Below are positions 16,790-25,500 of a stretch of DNA of 64,000 nt, piece after piece. The stretch's first letter is position 1. Every line of letters begins with the position of its first letter. The translations under genes were made by a program, and so were the position numbers. The notes below the pieces were generated by a model, which did no database searches, was not told the DNA's origin, and worked only from the letters and a program-made list of their open reading frames with translations. The DNA is from a virus: the IMG/VR virus record IMGVR_UViG_3300034062_004313, positions 91,875 through 155,874 of that record; one strand, written 5' to 3'.

Positions 16790-16882
16790 TGTGTTGTAAC
16801 GGCAGTAGACTGTAAATCTACTCTGCATAACAAATTGTCGTACTGGTCTCGCAGTAAGAAGGTTCGAATCCTTTCAACACAA
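16790..16882 (+). tRNA. tRNA-Tyr(GUA), D-armless with oversized variable region
   Basis: tgtgttg/caacaca; gtaga-ctGTAaa-tctac; gaagg-ttcgaat-ccttt. Confidence 0.75.
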
Positions 16883-16908
16883 CATTAACTTATTATTAAC
16901 TATAGACA

Positions 16909-17082
16909 TTTGACTATATAAAGTAAATAGTCTATTTTTGTATTGTACAAATTCCCAACCGTCATAGGAGATTTGTATTTAATTAACAATAACTATATAT
17001 TCGATTGATGTAACTTTGTTCTTAGGAACGCAACTTGACGGTTGGGACCCCTTGTACTTAATTGTATGAGGGGATTTTTTTT
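16909..17082 (+). promoter_or_regulatory. Promoter plus structured leader or small RNA ending in a terminator
   Basis: TTTG-N20-TAttTTTG; perfect 12-bp inverted repeat tcccaaccgtca/tgacggttggga; terminator ccccttgtac/gtatgagggg plus U tract. Confidence 0.65.
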
Positions 17083-17084
17083 GC

Positions 17085-17415
17085 AGACATCCGAGGTTTT
17101 TCTTTCCTTCTTTTACGTCCTCCACAAAAATAAAAGAGTGTCATTAAGATAGTATAGTATATTACACTTGGTATATTATATGATAGGATGTAGAAAAATC
17201 AGCAATGTCTAAGGTGACAACTGGACCTGAACGAAATTATCAGCAAAAACTACATTCCTCCGTGAAAAATAAAATCATCTTATAGCTGATAATTATTTGT
17301 AGATGATTGGCAGGACATGGGAATCTTAGGTTGACAATATGTTTATAGGAGTATGTGTTAACTATAAATACATTATCCCAACAGGGGAAGACCTTGTTCA
17401 GGATAGACCCCCTTA
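17085..17415. ncRNA. Candidate structured non-coding RNA
   Basis: No credible ORF; several long-range helices. Confidence 0.4.
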
Positions 17416-17442
17416 TGTAAATTAACAATAAAATGTAAAACT

Positions 17443-17748
17443 ATGAAAAACCACAAAATGACATCATATCAATTCATGATGTTAATGCAAGAATTACCAA
17501 ATCCAATGTATTATGCTAGAAATGGAGCTAATGTAGGATTTAGAGTAAAAGTAGGATATTTAAAGAAGTCCATTGATAATACTCCTACAATATTAATAAA
17601 TCCTAATTCTCAACCTATGAAGATGGCAGAAGTTGAACAGGTAGAATTTGAATTAGTTCCGAACAATACTATTTGGTATTGGCAACCTGTAGAACCAATT
17701 ACTATAATAACATTAGATAAGAAAGAGTACATTAAAAATTGGGAATAA
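17443..17748 (+). CDS. Hypothetical protein
   Basis: ORF on the coding strand. Confidence 0.6.
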   Translation: MKNHKMTSYQFMMLMQELPNPMYYARNGANVGFRVKVGYLKKSIDNTPTILINPNSQPMKMAEVEQVEFELVPNNTIWYWQPVEPITIITLDKKEYIKNWE

Positions 17749-18056
17749 TGAATATAATAAAATGGTATAAAAGAGTATTTAGAATTCTTACTATAGAAGA
17801 ATGTAAAGAATTAGGATTAGTACATTCTCATAATATATATGGTGATAGTATTAATCATTTAAATTGTAGAAGTATTTGGAAAGATGAAAAGGATAGAACA
17901 TATAGGTGTGAAAGTTTAATACCTACTATAGGAGTACTAGATTTATGGATTTTAAAAATGAAAAATCAAGATAAAGTACAACCAATAACTCAAGAAGAAT
18001 ATAATAAAATAAGAGATGAAGAATTTGAAAGGCTCAAGACTTTATATTCGCCTTAA
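17739..18056 (+). CDS. Hypothetical protein
   Basis: ORF overlapping the upstream stop; start may be 17748. Confidence 0.6.
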   Translation: MGIMNIIKWYKRVFRILTIEECKELGLVHSHNIYGDSINHLNCRSIWKDEKDRTYRCESLIPTIGVLDLWILKMKNQDKVQPITQEEYNKIRDEEFERLKTLYSP

Positions 18057-18093
18057 CAAATAATAGTGTAATTTTGGCTTCTAAATAAAAATC

Positions 18094-18414
18094 ATGAAAG
18101 TATTAACAGAAGGACATTATTATGAACTAGAACATTTTGAAAAAGATGAATCGGGTAGTTCAGAAAGTTTACAATTTATCGAAAAGGTTCCAAAAGGTGA
18201 AGGGAAAGTACAAGATTTAGTAACAGTAAATAATGGAACTACAAATGAAGAAGTTCTTAAAGTTCTAATAAATAGAATGAACTATTTACAAGCAAAATTT
18301 CCATGTAGAGAAAATGCTATTGTAATTACAAAACTTGAAGAAAGTCTAATGTGGTTAGAAAAAAGAACTGTTGATAGAATAGCTAGAAATGTAGAAGGTA
18401 AACAATTAAAATAA
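18094..18414 (+). CDS. tad1: Tad1/Acb2-family anti-defence nucleotide-sponge protein
   Basis: G...E.VL.VLI.RM..LQ..FPCRENA..ITKLEESLMWL.KRT.DRI.RNV.G matches the Tad1 helical-hairpin pattern. Confidence 0.75.
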   Translation: MKVLTEGHYYELEHFEKDESGSSESLQFIEKVPKGEGKVQDLVTVNNGTTNEEVLKVLINRMNYLQAKFPCRENAIVITKLEESLMWLEKRTVDRIARNVEGKQLK

Positions 18415-18422
18415 AATAAACT

Positions 18423-18638
18423 ATGAAAAAACAATTATTTACGTATGCTGTATTATTCCATCAGCATGAAGAGAAAGAGGGAAAATTGGAATACAAAGAA
18501 ACACTTATTCTTGTAGAACCAAAAGTGATTTTAGCAAAGAATAGTAATGAAGTAGCATTCAAAGCTACAAGAGACGTACCAGAACAATATGCAGGATTTT
18601 CAGAAAATGTAGAAATTATAGTACGCCCTTTTAAATAG
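18423..18638 (+). CDS. Small phage protein ending in VRPFK
   Basis: 71 aa ORF. Confidence 0.7.
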   Translation: MKKQLFTYAVLFHQHEEKEGKLEYKETLILVEPKVILAKNSNEVAFKATRDVPEQYAGFSENVEIIVRPFK

Positions 18639-18648
18639 CTCCCCCTTA

Positions 18649-18828
18649 ATGTGGGATAGTGGGAGCAAAGGAGTATGGGAACAATTAGTAGACCCACCTA
18701 AATATAAAAGTACTTTCCAAAATTATATGGGTACAACTACAAATTTAGTAGGACAAGCAATAAACACTTTGACAACAGGAACATCAATATCATATAACAT
18801 GGCAGATGCAATGTCATTCACAAATTAA
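18649..18828 (+). CDS. 59 aa T/S/N-rich ORF, or frameshift extension of the upstream gene
   Basis: The +1 frame is open across the upstream stop. Confidence 0.45.
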   Translation: MWDSGSKGVWEQLVDPPKYKSTFQNYMGTTTNLVGQAINTLTTGTSISYNMADAMSFTN

Positions 18829-18837
18829 AATCAAATT

Positions 18838-19002
18838 ATGAAAACACTAACAAATCTATTTACAAGCAACCCATCTTACATGAAATGGGGTAATGAAAGA
18901 ATTGCAAAAAGAACAGGGCTGAAACCAAAAACAGTAGAGAAATTCAAAAAGAATCCCTTGTATAAGATAATGAAAACCCAATATCTTAACGAGATTAATT
19001 AG
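18838..19002 (+). CDS. Small basic HTH-like protein, 54 aa, absent from the ORF track
   Basis: GNERIAKRTGLKPKTVEKF resembles a helix-turn-helix. Confidence 0.6.
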   Translation: MKTLTNLFTSNPSYMKWGNERIAKRTGLKPKTVEKFKKNPLYKIMKTQYLNEIN

Positions 19003-19012
19003 GAAATGTCGC

Positions 19013-19048
19013 AAAAAAGGCGTATATTGTTATGATATGCGCTTTTTT
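19013..19048 (+). terminator. Terminator overlapping a putative promoter
   Basis: gcgtatat/atatgcgc stem flanked by A6 and T6. Confidence 0.65.
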
Positions 19049-19052
19049 ATTT

Positions 19053-19124
19053 GGCTCCTTAGTTAAATGGATATAACCGCAGAATTCTAATCTGCATTTG
19101 GGAGTTCGATTCTCTCAGGGGCTA
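19053..19124 (+). tRNA. tRNA-Arg(UCU)
   Basis: ggctcct/aggggct; gcaga-atTCTaa-tctgc. Confidence 0.9.
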
Positions 19125-19144
19125 CGAAATCTTAAAAATAAATT

Positions 19145-20461
19145 ATGATTATAACACAAACAATGCAAAAGTTTATTGACAATCCGAAGATGTTAGAGAG
19201 TGGATATTGCTCAAAAGCAAAATTAGCTCAAAGACTTGGAACAACAATAGACGATATTACAGAATCAAGGTTTAAAGTGAAACAAATGATGTCTTCATTA
19301 GACCATGCTCAAGAGTTCTTTAAAGAATTAAAATCAGAAATTGTTAATGAACATACTACAAGAGTAGATAATGAAAAGGGTACTATAACATCGGATGTAG
19401 AAACTACATTTGAACCCAAGAATGATATTGAATTAGCTGAATTACATAAGATTGATTTAACAAAATACAAAATAAGTACATATTGGTCTAAACTAAAGAG
19501 CAATGGTAAATTCACTTCATCTGTATTAGCTACATTAAGAAATATTGATAAGGATATTCCTAAACAAAAAGAATCATTAATAGAAGAAATAGATGAATAT
19601 TTTGGTAGTAAAAAAGCTATTGAAAATTATAGATTCTTCACAAGAGAAATTGATAAGGATAGAAAAACTGCTAAAAATACAGATGGTCAACTATTAGAAA
19701 TATCCATTCCTGATTTACACATTGGTAAAATGTCTCATAGAGAAGAAACAGGGGAAGATTATGATTTAAAAATTGCATCTGCAAGATATAAGAATGCTAT
19801 AACTCAACTATTAAAAACAGCCAATTTAGATAATGTATCTGATATATTACTACCCATTGGTAATGACTTGTTCAATGTAGATAATCAGTTCTCAACTACT
19901 ACAGGTGGTACACCACAGGATTGTGATAGTAGGTTCCACAAGATGGTAGGAGCAGCAAAAGAACTCCTTATAAATACAATAACAGGGTTAAGTGCATTTG
20001 CAAGAGTACATGTTCTTATAGTACCAGGCAATCATGATGAAGTTACAACATTTATGTTAGGTGAAATATTAGAAGCATGGTTTCATAATGATAGTAACAT
20101 AACTGTAAATAATACAGCAAAACTTAGAAAATACTTCCAATTTGGAAAGAATTCTTTCCTTTATACTCATGGAGACAAAGAAAAACATGGGGATTTAGGA
20201 TTGATATTTGCTACAGAAGAACCTAGACTTTGGGCTGATACTAAATACAGATTTGTAAAACTTGGTCATCTTCACAAGCAAAAGAAAATAGAATATATAA
20301 CAACAGACACACTTCAAGGGTTCCAAATAGAAATACTTCCATCACTAAGTTCTGCTGATAAGTGGCATTATGGAAAAGGTTTCTTAGGAGCAAAGCAAGC
20401 AAAAGCCTATCTCTATGATAAAGAACTTGGGGAAATTGCACAGTATACACACACTGTTTAA
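19145..20461 (+). CDS. Calcineurin-like metallophosphoesterase with N-terminal HTH-like segment
   Basis: DLH, GND, GNHD, HGD and GHLH motifs in canonical order. Confidence 0.88.
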   Translation: MIITQTMQKFIDNPKMLESGYCSKAKLAQRLGTTIDDITESRFKVKQMMSSLDHAQEFFKELKSEIVNEHTTRVDNEKGTITSDVETTFEPKNDIELAELHKIDLTKYKISTYWSKLKSNGKFTSSVLATLRNIDKDIPKQKESLIEEIDEYFGSKKAIENYRFFTREIDKDRKTAKNTDGQLLEISIPDLHIGKMSHREETGEDYDLKIASARYKNAITQLLKTANLDNVSDILLPIGNDLFNVDNQFSTTTGGTPQDCDSRFHKMVGAAKELLINTITGLSAFARVHVLIVPGNHDEVTTFMLGEILEAWFHNDSNITVNNTAKLRKYFQFGKNSFLYTHGDKEKHGDLGLIFATEEPRLWADTKYRFVKLGHLHKQKKIEYITTDTLQGFQIEILPSLSSADKWHYGKGFLGAKQAKAYLYDKELGEIAQYTHTV

Positions 20462-20462
20462 T

Positions 20463-20488
20463 AAAGAGTCCCGTAAAGGGACTTTTTA
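20463..20488 (+). terminator. Intrinsic terminator
   Basis: aaagagtccc-gtaaa-gggacttttt. Confidence 0.8.
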
Positions 20489-20531
20489 ATTTAAAAGATT
20501 ATTTGTAACTTATAAAATTTTTTAGTATATT

Positions 20532-21068
20532 ATGGTGAGAACTGGTATAATATCAAGTCCAAAAGGACCACGTTTTGTTAAGACAGAATACATGTATCAA
20601 ATATTCTCTGATGACCTTTATAACACATTTATAAAAGATTATCCAGAATATAAGAACATTAGTAAAGATGAATTTAAGAGAATATGGATAAATATATTAG
20701 CTCCAGAAATAAGAAAGGAATCTATAAAAAATCCATTGGGTTTAAAGCTTCCATTTTATAATGGAGAATTAAAACTTCAATGGCTTCCATATAGAATGAA
20801 AGCTCCTGAGAGAAAGCATAAAAAGGAAACAGGTGAAGATATTCCTATAATATACTTAAATACTCAAAACAAGATAGGAAAGGTAAAATGGGAAAGAAGA
20901 AATGCTGTAAGATATAATAGGTGGTTACAATTCTACGCATTTGAACCACATAGAGAAATGGAAAAAATGGCTAAAAAAAGAATAGATGAATCAAATGACA
21001 TAAGAGTTTCCAGAGTGACATTAGGAGGAGCAAAATATGGTCTTGCACCTTTAAATAAGAAAATATGA
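20532..21068 (+). CDS. Basic protein, possibly crAss IHF/HU-like
   Basis: Position before the tail ring genes; KLPFYNGEL motif. Confidence 0.45.
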   Translation: MVRTGIISSPKGPRFVKTEYMYQIFSDDLYNTFIKDYPEYKNISKDEFKRIWINILAPEIRKESIKNPLGLKLPFYNGELKLQWLPYRMKAPERKHKKETGEDIPIIYLNTQNKIGKVKWERRNAVRYNRWLQFYAFEPHREMEKMAKKRIDESNDIRVSRVTLGGAKYGLAPLNKKI

Positions 21069-21739
21069 TTACTAAAAGACAAGCTATATTACAACTTCGA
21101 AAGAAGATACAAGAACAACATGCAGATACAGGGTACACTAATCAGTTCCTGTATCTTTCTATTTTAGAACAAGCCAAATGGATTGTAAAGAGAGAGATAC
21201 GTTCTGGAAGAGTATATAAAAATATGGACTTATTTAAACCTTTAAAATGTAAGAGAGTTGTAGAAAGTTCTATTATAGAGAATAGTTGCCCAATAAAAAT
21301 ACCATGTAACATTTGGAGAACAGATAAAAAACTTCCCGATACTTGGCAAGATGATTATGGACCAGTTATTAAATATGCAATGTCTGTAGATGACAGCACA
21401 AGATGGCATCTTATATCTAAGGAAGAATGGATTAATAAACAGTCTTCTCCATATTTCAAACTTGACAAGACTAAGTACATGATATATTCTGATGGATACC
21501 TTTGGTTTCCAAGAGAAAATCCAAAAAGGATAAATATATATGGATATTGGATAGATGACCCCTTATTATATTCAGAATGTGGAGATAAACCACAATGTAT
21601 TAAATATCTGGACACTCCCTTATATATACCAGATTGGACGGAGGCAGAGATAATAAATAAAGCATTTGAGATACTTATAAAGGGTACAAAACAAATTCCT
21701 TTAGATGAAGACATAAATAAATCAGAAAATCGTAAATAA
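21065..21739 (+). CDS. Tail ring protein
   Basis: crAss synteny; CPIK..C...RT.KKLP motif. Confidence 0.6.
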   Translation: MITKRQAILQLRKKIQEQHADTGYTNQFLYLSILEQAKWIVKREIRSGRVYKNMDLFKPLKCKRVVESSIIENSCPIKIPCNIWRTDKKLPDTWQDDYGPVIKYAMSVDDSTRWHLISKEEWINKQSSPYFKLDKTKYMIYSDGYLWFPRENPKRINIYGYWIDDPLLYSECGDKPQCIKYLDTPLYIPDWTEAEIINKAFEILIKGTKQIPLDEDINKSENRK

Positions 21740-22587
21740 TGAACAATAAAATTATAGATTATATACCATATTCTGAATTGATGTCTCTTGTAAAACAAGA
21801 GATTAAATCATATGATAGTCAAGGATATATAAATGATGGAGACCTTATTCCAACGGTGATGTATTGCAATGAAAAGCTTGGAATACATATACATGAAGTT
21901 AAACAGGCTATAATTGAAATAAAGAACAATAAAGGAGATTTACCTAAAGATTTCCATAAAGTGTTTTACATGGCTGCTTTATCTATGACTAATACTACAG
22001 TAACAAATTGGACAAATCCTTGGGACAATAGTAAAGACAGAACAGTAACCTATGATGCAGATTTTAAAAGAGGATGTATAGGATGTGAAGATAATGTTAC
22101 AGTGATATATAAGAAATCAGGAGTTGACATAACACAATCTTATTATAATTGGCAAGATTTAAAATTAAGCAATGGTCAATATGCTTATATAGGATGTCCA
22201 AATATTAATAGTAAGTCGAAGAATCAAGTGGATATTGATATAGAGAATGGAGAGATTACAACAGGATTTAGAACTGGAGAAATATATATGATGTATGTAG
22301 CAAATATGCTAAGTGAAGAAGGTGAGATACTTATCCCTTTCCATCCACTTATAACTCCTTGGTATGTATGGAGTTGTGTAGACCAAGTTATTAAATCCAT
22401 GATATTTGATACAGATGAAGATTTGAATAAGTTAAAAATGCAAAGAGAATTAGCACAGGATGAAAAGGATAAATCATGGATAACATCTTATAATTTTGCA
22501 AATACAAAAGAGTTTATGGCTTGGCAACAAGACCAAAAGAAGCAACAACTTTCTTGGTGGAAGAGATGGTTTAGAATTATTCAATAA
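21739..22587 (+). CDS. Tail tubular / ring protein
   Basis: Directly before the muzzle gene; LPKDF and GEILIP motifs. Confidence 0.6.
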   Translation: MNNKIIDYIPYSELMSLVKQEIKSYDSQGYINDGDLIPTVMYCNEKLGIHIHEVKQAIIEIKNNKGDLPKDFHKVFYMAALSMTNTTVTNWTNPWDNSKDRTVTYDADFKRGCIGCEDNVTVIYKKSGVDITQSYYNWQDLKLSNGQYAYIGCPNINSKSKNQVDIDIENGEITTGFRTGEIYMMYVANMLSEEGEILIPFHPLITPWYVWSCVDQVIKSMIFDTDEDLNKLKMQRELAQDEKDKSWITSYNFANTKEFMAWQQDQKKQQLSWWKRWFRIIQ

Positions 22588-25500
22588 TGGAGTTACAAAA
22601 TTTACGAAATCAAGATGTAAAGGTTACATCAAGTGCTAAGATGATAAAAGACTTGAACGAAAGTTATTTCGGACAAGATGTTTATTATCAAGCAAGAAAT
22701 ATGTGTACCATATCTCATGATGGTAATAGAGGAACTATTCAAACTGAACCTGCAAACAAGTTCTTATTTGAAGCTCCATATAAAATTATAAATATAACAC
22801 CCTTACCAGAAGAGAATCAATATCTTGTATTTAGTACTGATAATACAAATTCAGAGATAGGGATATATAATGGTGTTTATTCAAAGATTACAGATAATAA
22901 ATGTCTTAATTTTAACTATAATTTTCCTATAAAAGCTGTTGTAAAAAAGGATTTTAATAAGGATGTTGTTATTACCTTTACAGATAAATATAATCCTGTA
23001 AGAAGAGCTACATTAAAAGAGTTAAAAACATTAACAAGTTGTGATGATATTCTTCTTTGGAAGAAAATTACAATTCCAAGTATAAATATAGATAAGGGTA
23101 ATTTCGGAAACCTTCCAAATGGAGCTTATTCTGTACTATTAAATTATACTATAGATAAAAAAAAATATAGTGATTATTATCTTTGTAAGGATAAAATTCA
23201 TTTATTTAATAAAGTTGATAATAGTAGTTCTTTAGAAATTGAAATAGGTAACCTTGATAAAGAATTTATAGAATATGAACTTATATTAATATCAAATCCA
23301 AATGGTGTAAAAACTGCTTATAGACAAGGATATTACAGTACAAATCAAAATAAAATTATAATATCTGATTTAGGTGTAGAACAAATACAACTTTCTGATT
23401 TAGTTATAAAGAATAGAACTTGGCAAAAAGCAGGTATAATAAGTTCGAATAGTAACTATCTTATATTAGCAGATTTAGTGCAAAGGAAGGAATTGAATTA
23501 TCAATTAAAAGCTATGAATATCAAAGCTGAATATGTTGTAACTCAAGTTCCATACGATTATTATAAAAATGAAGGAAAGGATTTTGGATATTATAGAGAT
23601 GAAAGGTATTCATTTGATATAGAAGGATTATATAATACTGGAGAAACAACAGCTTCATATCATATAGCTGGCCCAAAACCCAAACCTTGGGACATATCTC
23701 AAGCATCTGGTTCTGATGTATTTGAATATGAAGATTCATTTAAAGAATGTGATAAACCTGATGTAGTATATAACTATCAAGTGTATAATACAGCAGGTGA
23801 TATGATACCTGTTCAAGAAGAGTTTAAGTGTAATAGAAGAGTTATAGGATATGGAGATATGGGTTTTTGGCAATCTACAGAACGTCTTAATGAAAATAAA
23901 GAACTTTTCGGAGAAGATGCTGGTAAAAATCAAAGACATTTTATGTTTCCAAATGAAGAGAAGGTTCCAAGATTCTCAATTATAAATGGTAGAACATATA
24001 TTAATATATTGGGTATTAGATTTAAAAATATCCCTTCTTTTGAAGACTCTGATATAATAGGATATAGAATATTAAGAAGAGATAGAGAAGGAAACAGAAG
24101 CGTTATAGCAAGAGGAATGCTTCATAACACAAGAAGTTATTTTGATAATCAAAATCAACAAGAAGTTTATTATTCTAACTACCCTTTCAATGACCTATCT
24201 CCTGACACATATCATTCAGAGACTCAAACAGTATTCAAGAATAAAAGAGAGTCTAAATTTAAAGCACCTACTAAATATTATAAAGACAAGTTCAACTTCT
24301 ACACTCCACACGCTTATTTCTTTGAGAAATATCGTATGGGACCAGAATTTAGAATTGAGAGTGAAGAATATGGACAAGTTAATGGTAAGTTTGAAAAAGT
24401 ATATAATCATCCGAGAGCAATATTATTAAATCAAACAGCATTCTGGATAGCTTCCGCTGTAGGATTTATAGAGAGTACATTAGTATTATTAGGAAGTAGT
24501 AATTTAGAGACAAGTAATAATGCAAACTTAGGAATAGGTGGTGGAATACAAGCAGATGCTAAGACAATATATAATATAAAAACATTTGATGACTTATTAA
24601 GAGTAGACCCTATAGCATTAGGTATTGAAATTGCTTCACAAATAACAAACCCTATAGGGCAAGCTAAGTTAATTCCTATAATTAGAAATATACTAACCTT
24701 ATTAGCAAGTGCTGCTATAAAGCTTCCATATTCATTATTAAAAGGGATTGAAACTGCTGATATATTAATAGAGAGTATAGAAAAGTTTAGTAGACCAATA
24801 GATTATGCATATCAATATAATAGTTCTGTTTTATATAATCAACAAGCAAAGATACAAGATGGTAATAAAAGAAGATATGCTATAGATACACCGTTCTATT
24901 TATCTTCTGCTCTTCATACTGTAAATGACAAGATATATAATAATGCATTCAGAGAGAATAGTGTATTCATAGAATTTAATAAAGAACTTAAAGACCCATC
25001 TAAAAAAGATGATAGTAGAAATACAATAAGTGGTTTTAATCTTTGTGATAAGGATATTAAATCATTTCAAGCTCAAAGTTCTTCATATTATACAACTTCT
25101 AGGATATTTAATCCAAATCAATATGGACAAATTGGTTCAGCATTACCCATCTTAATTTCTGAAGTTATTTCTAATTATGAAGAAACTCCTGTATTATTTG
25201 GTGGAGATTGTGTTATAGCTCGTTTTCAAATCCAGAAGAGACATAAGTTCTTTTCTCAAGATTTAGCAGCTAATACCTTTCCAGATAAAACAGAGTATGA
25301 TTATAGACTTTATAGGAATATAGCATATCCAAGATTTTGGATAGACACTACTAAATTTAGCTTTGCTGGTATATTAACAAGAAATATTGTAAATGAATCT
25401 ACATTTACAAGAACTACTACATCAAAGTATAATCTTGATTGTAGAGACACAGGAGGAAATCCATATGTTGTAGATAATGCTTATTTCTACACTTCTGCAA

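Noticed and set aside
17140-17415. Group I intron or tmRNA
   Set aside because: An aatcagca match exists, but P/Q/R/S elements are not in order, there is no interrupted gene, and there are no tRNA-Ala-like ends
18626-18638. -1 frameshift on C CCT TTT
   Set aside because: The -1 frame hits TAA immediately, so no extension results
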